Positions 32,542-42,638 of a stretch of 64,000 bases of DNA are shown piece by piece. The notes beneath the pieces are model-generated. The model saw only the letters and a program-made list of their open reading frames with translations, made no database searches and was not told the origin of the DNA. The position numbers and the translations under genes were made by a program. The DNA comes from Ilumatobacteraceae bacterium (lineage in GTDB: Bacteria; Actinomycetota; Acidimicrobiia; Acidimicrobiales; Ilumatobacteraceae). The stretch lies in NCBI GenBank assembly GCA_963708925.1, contig CAVPUO010000005.1:170435-234434 (forward strand). Direction: 5' to 3'. How positions within the stretch are numbered: the first letter of the stretch is position 1; every line of letters starts with the position of its first letter.

Positions 32542-34957
32542 TCAGACCAGGACGGGATCCTTCGTCGCGTCGGGCTCGATCGGATCGTGGTGACCCTCGA
32601 TGTGGATGTGTGGAAGCAGGCGATCGAGCCAGCCCGGGAGCCACCAGTTGCGGTCGCCCAGCAGTTCCATCGTCGCCGGCACCAGCACCATGCGAACCAG
32701 GGTCGCATCGAGCAGCACAGCGACAGCAAGGCCGAGACCGAACACCTTCAACTCGCGACTGTCGCCGACGACGAATGCGGAGAACACGCAGACCATGATC
32801 AACGCAGCGGCGGTGATGACGCGGGCTGTCACGGCGAGCCCGTCGGCGACGGCCGTGGCGTTGTTGCCGGTGCGATCGAACTCCTCCTTGATTCGAGAGA
32901 GCAGGAAGACCTCATAGTCCATCGACAGGCCGAATGTGATCGCGAAGAGCATCATCGGGGCCCACGCCTCGACCGGCCCCGGTCGACCGATCTCGAAGAA
33001 GTCCTGTGCCCATCCCCATTGGAAGATGGCCACGATCACGCCGTACGCGGCACCCAGCGACAGCATGTTCATGACGACTGCCTTCAGTGGCACCAACAGA
33101 CTTCGGAAGACCACCATCAGCAACAGGAAGCTGAGCACCAGTACCGCGGCGATCAGCAGGGGAAGTCGCTTGCCGAGATAGTCCGAGAAGTCGATGCTGG
33201 CGGCCGTGAACCCGCCGACACGCACGTCGACACCGGTCGCCGGCAACTCCGTCGAGCGGAGGCGGTTGACGAGATCCGTGGTCTCCTTGTCCTGCGGAGA
33301 ACTGTCGGGGAACACCTGCCAGGACCACGTGTCGGGCGCGAGTTGCTTGCCCTTCGTCGCGAACGCAATGTCGTTGTCGTGATGCGTGGCTTCGTCGACG
33401 GTCTTCACATCCAAGAACGTGACCTTGGGATCGGTGCTCACGAGGATGAGTGGTCCGGTGCCGCCGGCGCCGAAGCCTTGGGAGATCAGGTCGTATGCCT
33501 TCCGCGCGGTGTTGTCCTTGCTGAGGTTGCCGGTGTCGCCGAACCCCAGACGCATCGAGGTCAACGGCGCAGCGAGCACCAGCAGCACGATGACCGCGAG
33601 CAGCAACGGGGGCCACGGGCGACGTTGGATGAACCGGCTCCACCGGTACCAGTAGTGCTCGGTGCGTGGCTTCGACGGACGGTGCGGAAGGTGCGTGCGC
33701 AGCGACCGCCCGAACGGCATCATGCTGATCCCCATCACGACCGCTGCGAAAGCGAACGCACCGAGTAGGGCGAGCAGTAGAGGGATGGCGGTGAAGACAC
33801 CGATCAGGGACAGCACCACGAACACGCTGACCGCGATGGCCGCCGCTCTCGAGGTCTCGTCGATGCGGTGGCCGGCGTATCCGATGAGGGCAGGAAGCAG
33901 CGTGATGCTGGCCACCATCATGATCAGCACGGTGATCGCCGAGGCGGCCGGCGAGGCCGCGGACGAACGACAGGCTGATGATGAAGAGCCCGAGCATCGA
34001 GATCATCACGGTGAGCCCGGCGAAGATCACGGCCCGGCCCGACGAGTCGACGGCACGGATGACCGCTGCTTCGGGCTCCATGCCGCCATGGAGCTGTTCT
34101 CGATATCTGGTGACGATGAACAGCGCGTAGTCGATGCCCACACCGAGGCCGATCATCGCGGCGACCTCCGGACCGAACTCGGGGATCGTGAATCCGTTCG
34201 AGGCGAGGGCCATCACCGCCGAGCCGACACCGAGACCGAACAACGCCGTCGTGATCGGGAGGCCCATCGCGATCACCGAACCGAAGGCGATGAGGAGAAT
34301 GATGATCGCGGCGAGCAGTCCGAGGATCTCGGCTTCGGGCAGATGGAAGCCGGCGAACAGTTGTCCGCCGTACTCGATGCGCAAGACACACGTGACGTGC
34401 GATCGGTTGGGATCGCAGCGGATGTTCCGAGCCTCCTGCGGAACCATCGTGTCGCCGAGGTGTTTGATCTTGTCCGCAAGGGCGTCGAGTGCCTGCCTCG
34501 CTGCGAGGCGTGTACGAGATCTGTGCGAACGACGTGCCGCCCAGGTAGCTGCTGAAGTCGTTGCCGTCCTCGGTGTACGGGCTCGTGACCTTGACCCCGT
34601 CGATCTTGTCGACCTCTGCGAACAGCGGCTCCATCAGAACCTTGATCTTCTGACGGGTGGCGTCGTCGGTGAAGTCGGTCGAGGCGAACACGATCTGCGC
34701 GGTGTACCCGCGTCCTCGATGTCGCCGGTCCGGATCAGCGCGTCCTTGACGAACTGGGTGTCGCTGTTCGGAAGGCTGAAGTCGGTGTGGTAGTCGATGC
34801 CGATGAAGCCACTGACGGTGTTGAGCAGCAGCAGCAGCGGCAGCCAGATGCCGAAGACCATGATCCAGCGCCTGCGATAGCTGAAACGGGTCAGGCGAAC
34901 GAGCCAGACCGCCGGCCTCTTCCTCACCCGCCACTTCATCGCCCGCGGAGGTATCAA
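32542..34957 (-). pseudogene. MMPL/RND-superfamily membrane transporter, about 3 frame hops
   Basis: The N-terminus RRRWIMVFGIWLPLLLLLNTVSGF is in the frame of 34957. The periplasmic part YTAQIVFASTDFTDDATRQKI is in the frame of 34964. The first TM bundle LLAAIIILLIAFGSVIAMGLP...GVGIDYALFIVTRYRE is in the frame of 34447. The second half is intact in ORF 32542..33930 (FGLSMDYEVFLLSRIKEE). Hops are near 34720, 34505 and 33955. Confidence 0.8.
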
Positions 34958-35121
34958 TTGTCATGTAGCCCCCGCCTTCCGCAGAAGAGATATCTCATCA
35001 GTCATCGGCAGTAAGCGGCCGTCCCTTGACACAGCCTTACACCGTTCGCGACATCGCTCAAGGCGGTAGTTGCGACCATCGGCTATACGTTTGAGCGCAC
35101 GCACGACGGAGGGAACGGGCG

Positions 35122-36058
35122 ATGTCGACTCAGGTCCCAGCCGAGCAACCCAAGACCCGGCGACCGTGGATGGTGCCGGTCTGGTCTCGGCGTGCTCATC
35201 GTCGTTCCTCATGGCGCTGGTCTTGGCACTGTTCATCCGTAACGACAGTGCAAGCAGCGAGGGGCAAGCCACGGTGGTGGCCGAGGGATCTACGGAAACG
35301 TTCGGCATCCCGGTGACGTGCTCTGATCCGGCGGCGACCACACCGATGGCGAGCCATCTCCTTGTCGATGCGGCCAACCATCACGTGTGGGTGGTCGACG
35401 TGGTCGCATCGGCAGATGGCGGCGAGCCGACTGATGCAGGCCGTCGACATGGACTTCGCGATCGCGGCCAATGTGTTCGGCCAAGACGTTGCAGTGCCAC
35501 CCACGTACTCCGGGAACATCGACGAGGACAGCCAGGCTCCCGGCACGACCACCGCGACACCTGCAGCTGACGTCGGGCGATGGGCCATCGTCGGTCAAGA
35601 TCACCATCGGCGACACCGTGCTCGCCGATTGTGCCGTCGGCACGTTCACCTCGCAGACCCCGTTCGCTCCCGGTACCCAGGTCGTGTGGCAATCGCCCGG
35701 ACAGCGCCGAAGGACAGCGGTTCGATGTGCTCGCCGATTGCGGAGGGAACCTGATCGTCAGCGGCGGCGGTCTGCTGTTGACCGACTATCCGCAGGATGG
35801 CGATCCGTTGGCCGCCGGCCTCGTGAACACCCACGACCTCACCGGCAGCGACGTGTGGTGGACCAACCTCGTCTCGCCGACGGCAGCCGAGACTGCGTTC
35901 GACCAGACCGCCGACGGCGACATCCACGCTGCCATCAACGCGTACCCCGACGGTGATCGCGGCGCTCGCCCGGGCTACTTGTCGTGGACCAGGCGTTCGT
36001 TGCGATCGACCGTCGGCGGCTGCGGGATTGCTCGACGACGTCTGCACCGCGACTCCAT
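35122..36058 (+). pseudogene. Hypothetical membrane-anchored/secreted protein, at least 4 frame hops; boundaries uncertain
   Basis: Protein-like D/T/G-rich segments are chained across plus-strand frames. They are MSTQVPAEQPKTRRP, FLMALVLALFIRND...VTCSDPAATTP, DMDFAIAANVFGQDVAVPPTYSG, KITIGDTVLADCAVGTF and RFDVLADCGGNLIVSGGGLLLTDYPQDGD...WWTNLVSP. Minus-strand ORFs here look Arg-rich and non-coding. I recognise no family. Confidence 0.3.
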
Positions 36059-36072
36059 GAGCACCCAGAATG

Positions 36073-36960
36073 TCACGGCTCCGATGTCACGTCGCCTGAG
36101 GCTGGGCCGTCGGCTGGAACTTGCTGGCCGCGAACACAGTCGCCCTGCGGATCGGCCAGCACTGTCATCCGTACCGGCTCGACGTCGAACGGCGGCACGA
36201 TGATCGTGCCGCCGAGGCGTTCGGTTTCCGCTGCGATCGCGTCGGCATCGTCGACCGCGAACGTGACGCTCCACCGCGCCGCACTGCTCGCCTCCGGTCC
36301 GCTGCTCTCGTCGATCAACGTCGCAACGACATCGGCAAAAGCCGCAGCACTCTCGTCCGCTGCGATCCGTTCCACGAACTCGGGGTTGTTCTTGGCGAGG
36401 GACGCGCCGTAGCCGTCGAGCTTGAAGAACTTGTACGCGCTGTCGCCGACGGAGAAGTCGACGACGTCCCAATCGAACACGGTGCGATAGAACTTCGCCG
36501 CTGACCCGGGGTCGGACGTGTGGAGTTCACTGAAGTTCCACGTGCCGGGCTCGTTCACCAATTGGGCACCGTTGAACCCGCGTGCCTCCCACACCGAGAA
36601 GACCGCGCCCTCGCTATCGGCGAACGACGCCATCCGTCCTGCGCCGGGGATGTCCATTGGTTCGGAAACGACGGTTCCACCGGCCTGGCGAACTCGTTCG
36701 ACGGCTCGATCTGCGCTGTCAACGGCCGTGTACGGGTTCCAGCCCGACCCGTCGGCGCCCGGACGCGCCCCGCCGATCGCGGCAACACTGAGCCCGCGGA
36801 GCTGGGCGACGTAGTACGGCACGGGCGCTCCCTCGGGCGCTGTGTCGACAAACTCCCATCCGAACACGCCGCCGTAGAACTCCTTCGCAGCTTGCGGATC
36901 GGATGGCCTGATGTCGAGCCAGCACGGCACTCCAGGTAGGTACGACTTTCGCTCTTGCAT
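36073..36960 (-). CDS. Two-domain VOC (glyoxalase/bleomycin-resistance) family protein; possible 1-nt shift in the last ~15 codons
   Basis: AAGGAGG upstream of the ATG at 36960 (MQERKSYLPGVPCWLDI). Two repeats of the GG-x-V-x-P...G-x-x-A-x-F-x-D-x-x-G-A-x-F type. The alternative tail VFAASKFQPTAQPQAT with a stop at 36087 reads more family-like. Confidence 0.7.
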   Translation of the reverse strand: MQERKSYLPGVPCWLDIRPSDPQAAKEFYGGVFGWEFVDTAPEGAPVPYYVAQLRGLSVAAIGGARPGADGSGWNPYTAVDSADRAVERVRQAGGTVVSEPMDIPGAGRMASFADSEGAVFSVWEARGFNGAQLVNEPGTWNFSELHTSDPGSAAKFYRTVFDWDVVDFSVGDSAYKFFKLDGYGASLAKNNPEFVERIAADESAAAFADVVATLIDESSGPEASSAARWSVTFAVDDADAIAAETERLGGTIIVPPFDVEPVRMTVLADPQGDCVRGQQVPADGPASGDVTSEP

Positions 36961-37241
36961 GGTTCCTCCTTGATTCGAATGGAGACTTTCCCTCAACCAT
37001 ACGAGTCAAACCGGTCATCCTCTGTCCGGTTTCTGGACAATAGGGGCTTGGTTGGGCAGCTGAAAGGAGCCGGCTTCTCGATGGCCGAGGGCTCCTACGC
37101 GACGATGGCTTCCCGTCCTCTCAAGATGGTGCGCGCGACGCGCTGAACCGACTCGCAGATCGAGCTACTTCGCCGTTTGTCGGTGACACGATTCGGGTAC
37201 GACCGCAGGCGCGCTGGACGCGCTTGATTGGAGAAAACCTG

Positions 37242-39563
37242 ATGAGCAATCCGGTCGTGGACAGGGCGGCGGAGCCCGAGCGCGAATCGACCGAGACGAA
37301 GGTAGAGCCTCCGCATCGATGGGCAACCGGTGTACCCGCCATCGCGAACACTGCGAATCGGACCATCACCAAGATGGGCGTGCGTCGGACGTTGAAGTCG
37401 CTGGCGATCATCAACCAGCCGCGTGGGTTCGACTGCCCGGGTTGCGCTTGGCCCGAACCGCCTCCAGGCCAACGGCACCGGATCGAGTTCTGCGAGAGCG
37501 GCGCCAAAGCAGTTGCCGAGGAGGCGATGACGGCGCGCATCGATGCCGACTTCTTCGCCCGATACTCGATCGAGGATCTGCGCACGCGTTCCGACTACTG
37601 GCTGGGCGAAGCCGGCCGGTTGACGTCGCCGATGATCAAGCGAGCGGGCGGGACTCACTACGAGCCCATCGAATGGAAGTCGGCCATCGCCGAGATCGCC
37701 GCGCACCTCCGCAACCTCGACAGCCCCGACGAGGCGATCTTCTACACCTCGGGGCGCACCAGCAACGAGGCCGCCTTCGTCTACCAACTGATGGTGCGTT
37801 GCTTCGGCACGAACAACCTGCCGGACTGCTCCAACATGTGCCACGAGCCGACCAGCTTTGCGCTGGGTCGTTCGATCGGCATCGGCAAGGGGTCCGTGCA
37901 GATGGACGACTTCGCGCTCGCCGACGTGATCCTCGTGGCCGGTCAGAACCCGGGGAGCAACCATCCACGGATGCTCACGACGCTCGAGGAAGCCAAGCGC
38001 GGCGGCACCAAGATCATCGCCATCAACCCGCTGCCCGAGGCAGGACTCCTTCGGTACAAGAACCCCCAGAAGGTCCGCGGGATCGTCGGTCGTGGCACCG
38101 AGATCGCAGACATCCACCTACCGATTCGACTCGGCGGCGACCAGGCCCTGTTCCAGCTCTGGAACCGATGGCTGCTTGCCGAGGACGCGAAGCGGCCGGG
38201 ATGCATCGATCGCGATTTCATCGCCGAGCACACCTCTGGATTCGAGGCACTCGAGCAGCACCTTGCCGGCCTCGACGAAGCGCAGTTGCTGGCCGAGACC
38301 GGCTTGCAACTGTCGGCAGTGAAGGAAGCGTTCGACGTGGTCGCCCGTGCGAAGCGGTTGATCATCTGTTGGGCGATGGGCATCACACAACACGTCGGCG
38401 CGATCGACACGGTCGACGAGATGACCAACCTCGCGCTGCTCGGAGGACACATCGGACGGCCAGGTGCTGGGCTCAGCCCGATTCGAGGGCACAGCAACGT
38501 GCAGGGTGATCGCACGATGGGGATCTTCGAGAAGCCGCCCGACGACCTGCTCGACGCTCTCGAGAAGGAGTTCGACACCGCGATGCCTCGCGAGCCCGGC
38601 TTCGACACCCTCGATGCTGTGCGAGCCCTGTCGACCGGGAAAGCACGGATCCTGGTGGGCCTCGGCGGCAACTTCGTGCGGGCCACACCCGACACCGACT
38701 TCACCGAGCAAGCGCTGATGCGTGCCGAGCTCACCGTGCAGATCTCCACCAAGCTCAACCGTTCGCACTTGATGTGCGGTGAGACCGCCATCATCCTGCC
38801 GACGTTCGGTCGCACCGACATCGATCTCGGCGACGACGGGCCACAGCTCGTCACCGTGGAGGACTCGATGAGCCTCATCCACCCGTCGATCGGCTCGCTC
38901 GCTCCACCGTCGCCGGACGTCCGCAGCGAGGTCTCGATCATCTGTGATCTCGCCGCCGAGCTACTCGGACCCGACCGTCCAGTCTCCTGGGCCCGGCTGC
39001 GCGGCAACTACGACCTCGTTCGCGACCGCATCGCTGCCGTCATCCCGGGCTTCGCCGACTTCAACGTACGGGTTCGCGAGTCGGGTGGGTTCGCGCTCCC
39101 CCACCCGCCCCGCGACTCGCGACAGTTCCCGACCGACAGCGGCAAGGCCCATTTCACCGTCACCACGGTGCGAACGACTGCGCTGGCCGACGACGAACTG
39201 ACCCTGCAGACCCTGCGCTCACACGATCAGTTCAACACCACCATCTACGGCCACCACGATCGATACCGAGGCATCTCCGGTGACCGGCACGTCATCATGA
39301 TCAACCCAGCAGACATCACCCGGCTCGGATTCGAAGACGGCGAACACGTCGACATCGTCAGCCTGCTTGCCGGCCCCGAACGCCGGGCAGCCGATTACCG
39401 CATCGTCGCCTACCCGACCCCGCTCGGTTGTGCCGCCGCGTACTACCCGGAGACCAATGTGCTGATCGCCCTCGACCACCACGGCGCCGACGCGCAGACA
39501 CCAGCAGCCAAAGCCGTGCCGATCCGCCTCGAACGGAGACCTGAAGATCCCCCGAATCAGTAG
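37242..39563 (+). CDS. FdhF/YdeP-family molybdopterin oxidoreductase
   Basis: Intact 773-aa sequence from the ATG at 37242. Contains NQPRGFDCPGCAWPEP, YTSGRTSNEAAF, NLPDCSNMCHEPT, GQNPGSNHPRM and WAMGITQH. Confidence 0.85.
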   Translation: MSNPVVDRAAEPERESTETKVEPPHRWATGVPAIANTANRTITKMGVRRTLKSLAIINQPRGFDCPGCAWPEPPPGQRHRIEFCESGAKAVAEEAMTARIDADFFARYSIEDLRTRSDYWLGEAGRLTSPMIKRAGGTHYEPIEWKSAIAEIAAHLRNLDSPDEAIFYTSGRTSNEAAFVYQLMVRCFGTNNLPDCSNMCHEPTSFALGRSIGIGKGSVQMDDFALADVILVAGQNPGSNHPRMLTTLEEAKRGGTKIIAINPLPEAGLLRYKNPQKVRGIVGRGTEIADIHLPIRLGGDQALFQLWNRWLLAEDAKRPGCIDRDFIAEHTSGFEALEQHLAGLDEAQLLAETGLQLSAVKEAFDVVARAKRLIICWAMGITQHVGAIDTVDEMTNLALLGGHIGRPGAGLSPIRGHSNVQGDRTMGIFEKPPDDLLDALEKEFDTAMPREPGFDTLDAVRALSTGKARILVGLGGNFVRATPDTDFTEQALMRAELTVQISTKLNRSHLMCGETAIILPTFGRTDIDLGDDGPQLVTVEDSMSLIHPSIGSLAPPSPDVRSEVSIICDLAAELLGPDRPVSWARLRGNYDLVRDRIAAVIPGFADFNVRVRESGGFALPHPPRDSRQFPTDSGKAHFTVTTVRTTALADDELTLQTLRSHDQFNTTIYGHHDRYRGISGDRHVIMINPADITRLGFEDGEHVDIVSLLAGPERRAADYRIVAYPTPLGCAAAYYPETNVLIALDHHGADAQTPAAKAVPIRLERRPEDPPNQ

Positions 39564-41455
39564 TGGAAGCGCTGGTTCTGGCGGCCCTTCTCGCGCTCCT
39601 CTACCACCTGGCGCGTCGTTTCGTCGTTGGTGACCTGAGCGCCGATGACTTCCCACCACACGCCGGAGCCGGGAGGAGCGTAGTACTTGTCGGTGTAGAC
39701 GGCGATGAGCGTCGACGTCTCGCGTGAACGGGCGTCGGCAAGTGCCGCGGTCACCTCATCCAAGCTGTGGCATGCGACGCCGGTGAGGCCGATGCTCTCC
39801 GCGTTCTTCACGTAGTCGACTTCGAGCCAATCGCCTTCGTCGATCAGCCCCGTTGCTTCGTCGCGGACCTTGAACTCGTTGCCGAGCGAGTGACCGACGT
39901 AGCTCTTCTGGTGACCATTGATCGACTGGTAGCCGTAGTTGACGGTGAGGATCACCGTGAGCTTGGTGCCCTCCTGGATTGCGGTGACGAGCTCCATCGG
40001 GTGCATCTGGTAGTTGCCGTCACCCAGCAGGACGTACACCTCGGCGGCCGTGTCGCTGAGGCCGACACCGATGGCAGCGGGGATGTCGTAGCCCATGCAG
40101 GAGTTGCCGAACTCGAGGTGGAGTTGGCGGCCGCCCGCCGCGTCGAACAGCTTGCTGATGTCGCTCGGCACCGACCCTGCGGCGCACACGACCACGTCGC
40201 CTTCCGACATCTGATCGTTGAGGGCGCCGATCACCTGCGACTGCGTGAGCGTTCCCTCCGTGCTGGCGTACACCTGCTCGCGCTTCGTGGCCTCCCATTC
40301 GCTCATCCGGCCATTGGCTCTCGAGACCCACTCGTCGTTCGGTGCGAGGTTCGCGGCGCGACCTGCAGCTGTCAGCTCGCGCAGCGCGAGCTTGGCATCG
40401 GCGACGATCGGCAGCGCGCCGAGCTTGAAGGCGTCGCGCCCGTTGACGTTGACGCTGATGAACCGGACATCCGGGTTGTGGAACGCTGACCTCGACCCGG
40501 TGATGAAGTCGTGGAGCCGGGTGCCGACGCACAGCACGAGATCTGCCTCGGCCGCGATGTCAGCTGCGGCGAAGTTGCCGTTCAATCCCGTGCCGCCCAT
40601 CGAGAGCGGGTTTGCCGAACCGTCGCGGAGTGCCCCGCGGCCCGCATGGGTCTCACCAACCGGGATGCCGAACGCAGTAGCGAACTCGGCCAGCTCGTCC
40701 CACGCCTCGGAGTAGTGCACGCCGCCGCCGGCGATGATGTACGGGCGCTTGGCGGCACGCAACATCTCGATGGCCTCGCGGATACGTAGCTCGTCGGGTG
40801 AGCGTCGCTCGATCCGCCATACATGCGGTTCGAAGAACGACGTCGGGTAGTCGTACGCGTAGCCCTGGATGTCCTGCGGCAACGCCAATGTCACCGCACC
40901 CGTCTCGGCCGGGTCGGTCATGATGCGCATCGCCTCGGGTAGCGACGTCAGGATCTGCTCGGGCCGGGTGACCCGGTCGAAGAAGCGGCTGACCACTCGG
41001 AAGCAATCGGTCACCGACATGTCCTCCGAGCTGAGGTGCTCGATGCCCTGCAGCACGACGCCGCCATAGCGACTCGCGTAGTAGTCGGACGGCAGCAGTA
41101 GAACAGGAATGCGACAGATCGTGGCGGTGGCCGCACCCGTGATCATGTTGGTCGCGCCGGGCCCGATCGACGTCGAGCAGGCCATGGTCGCCTTCCGCCG
41201 CTTCGCCCGCGCGAACCCGGTCGAGGCGTGCACCATCGACTGCTCGTTGCGCGGTTGGTGGTACGGCAGGTCCTGTCCGTACTCGACCATGGCCTGGCTG
41301 ATGCCCGACACGTTGCCGTGCCCGAAGATGCCCCACAGACCCTGGATGAACCGCTGCTGTTCACCGTCGTACTCGCTGTACTGGACCTGAAGGAACTTGA
41401 CGACGGCCTGGGCAAGCGTCAGCCGCTGCTTCTTCTCGGATGGATAGAACTCCAT
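39557..41455 (-). CDS. iolD: IolD-like thiamine-diphosphate enzyme (3D-(3,5/4)-trihydroxycyclohexane-1,2-dione acylhydrolase family)
   Basis: Intact 632-aa sequence with RLTLAQAVVKFLQVQ, IFGHGNVSG, STSIGPGATNMITGAA, LLGDGNYQM and C-terminal WWEVIGAQV. Overlaps the ydeP 3' end by 7 nt (convergent). Confidence 0.8.
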   Translation of the reverse strand: MEFYPSEKKQRLTLAQAVVKFLQVQYSEYDGEQQRFIQGLWGIFGHGNVSGISQAMVEYGQDLPYHQPRNEQSMVHASTGFARAKRRKATMACSTSIGPGATNMITGAATATICRIPVLLLPSDYYASRYGGVVLQGIEHLSSEDMSVTDCFRVVSRFFDRVTRPEQILTSLPEAMRIMTDPAETGAVTLALPQDIQGYAYDYPTSFFEPHVWRIERRSPDELRIREAIEMLRAAKRPYIIAGGGVHYSEAWDELAEFATAFGIPVGETHAGRGALRDGSANPLSMGGTGLNGNFAAADIAAEADLVLCVGTRLHDFITGSRSAFHNPDVRFISVNVNGRDAFKLGALPIVADAKLALRELTAAGRAANLAPNDEWVSRANGRMSEWEATKREQVYASTEGTLTQSQVIGALNDQMSEGDVVVCAAGSVPSDISKLFDAAGGRQLHLEFGNSCMGYDIPAAIGVGLSDTAAEVYVLLGDGNYQMHPMELVTAIQEGTKLTVILTVNYGYQSINGHQKSYVGHSLGNEFKVRDEATGLIDEGDWLEVDYVKNAESIGLTGVACHSLDEVTAALADARSRETSTLIAVYTDKYYAPPGSGVWWEVIGAQVTNDETTRQVVEEREKGRQNQRFHY

Positions 41456-41488
41456 GACTGCTCCTCGTGATTGGAATCGATGTGATGG

Positions 41489-42628
41489 TCAGACTTCGGT
41501 CCACGCGCCGTGGTCGCGAGCGGAGGTCGCGCATGCGGCAATGGTGGCGAGCGTATGCAGGCCGTCGCCCGCGGTCGGCACGCTGAGAGCGAGCGGATCC
41601 GGTGCGACGCCGTCACGATCGGCGGTGATGATGTCGGCGAGATCGCGGTAGATGTTCGAGAACGCGAACACGAGGCCCTCGGGGTGGCCGACCGTGATGT
41701 GGCCCGCACGATCGGCGTCGGGTGACAGACCGACGGCACCGCGCTCGAGGATCTGGGTCGGCGCGTTGAGTGGCGTCCAATGGACCTGATTCGGCTGTTC
41801 CTGTGCCCAGCGCAAGCCGCCCTTCTCGCCGAACACCTGCAGCGCCAGGCCGTGTGTGCGACCGATCGCCAGACCGCTCGACCACAGCCGGCCGACCGTT
41901 CCACCGTCCATCCTGAAGGCGGTCAGGGAGTCGTCCTCGAGTTCGCGGCCGGCGATGAGGCTGGCGAAGTCGGACGAGACCCTGGTGACGCGTTGGCCGG
42001 TGACGAAGCACGCGAGGTGGATCGCGTGGATCCCGCAGTCCATCGTGACGGCAGAGAACCCGGCCTGCTTCGGGTCGAACCTCCACCGCACTCGTGGGTT
42101 GTCGGCATCGGCAGCGTCGGCCATGAAGCCACCGGCGAACTCGGCAACCACGACGCGCACCGCGCCGATGTCGCCGCGCCCGACCATCGCGCGCATGTGC
42201 CGCACCATCGGATATCCCGAGTAGCCGTAGTTGACAGCGCACGTTCGACCCGACCGTTCGACGACCTCGACGAGCGCACGTGCCTCTTCGAGGGTCATGG
42301 TCATCGGCTTCTCGCAGAGCACGTGGAACCCGGCCTCCAGGTACGCCTTGGTGATGTCGAAGTGGGTGGCGTTGGGCGTTGCGACGGTGATGAGGTCGGG
42401 GCGGTCGTCGCGGTCGCGCTCGCCTGCCAACATCTCCTTCCAGTCGCCATAGGCGCGCGCCGGGTCGAGTCCCAGCGACACGCCGTAATCGCGTGCGCGT
42501 TGCGGGTCGACATCGAGTGCTCCGGCGACAAAGCGGAACCTGCCGTCGAGCGACGATGCGGCGCGGTGCGAGAAGCCGATCTGGCTTCCCTCCCCGCCGC
42601 CGATGAGGCCCCATGAGAGTGCTTTCAC
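41489..42628 (-). CDS. Gfo/Idh/MocA-family oxidoreductase (inositol 2-dehydrogenase-like)
   Basis: Intact 379-aa sequence with a GTG start. Contains WGLIGGGEGSQIG, VATPNATH and VLCEKPM. Confidence 0.85.
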   Translation of the reverse strand: MKALSWGLIGGGEGSQIGFSHRAASSLDGRFRFVAGALDVDPQRARDYGVSLGLDPARAYGDWKEMLAGERDRDDRPDLITVATPNATHFDITKAYLEAGFHVLCEKPMTMTLEEARALVEVVERSGRTCAVNYGYSGYPMVRHMRAMVGRGDIGAVRVVVAEFAGGFMADAADADNPRVRWRFDPKQAGFSAVTMDCGIHAIHLACFVTGQRVTRVSSDFASLIAGRELEDDSLTAFRMDGGTVGRLWSSGLAIGRTHGLALQVFGEKGGLRWAQEQPNQVHWTPLNAPTQILERGAVGLSPDADRAGHITVGHPEGLVFAFSNIYRDLADIITADRDGVAPDPLALSVPTAGDGLHTLATIAACATSARDHGAWTEV

Positions 42629-42638
42629 TGCTTTCCTT

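Noticed and set aside
32254-33768. 504-aa ORF on the plus strand
   Set aside because: It is antisense to the second MMPL gene. Its composition (H/R/D/E-rich, no hydrophobic core pattern) looks non-coding.
28638-36058. Idea that Ku/LigD plus neighbouring PAP2, hotdog, MMPL and hypothetical genes form a defence or mobile island
   Set aside because: There are no nucleases, methyltransferases, STAND/AAA defence ATPases, integrases or flanking repeats. The genes are ordinary actinobacterial chromosomal functions. Only the frame-break density is unusual.
37065-37096. Moco riboswitch upstream of the molybdoenzyme gene
   Set aside because: I cannot recognise the conserved Moco-motif elements by eye. 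It is retained only as an unexplained hairpin/uORF observation with low interest.
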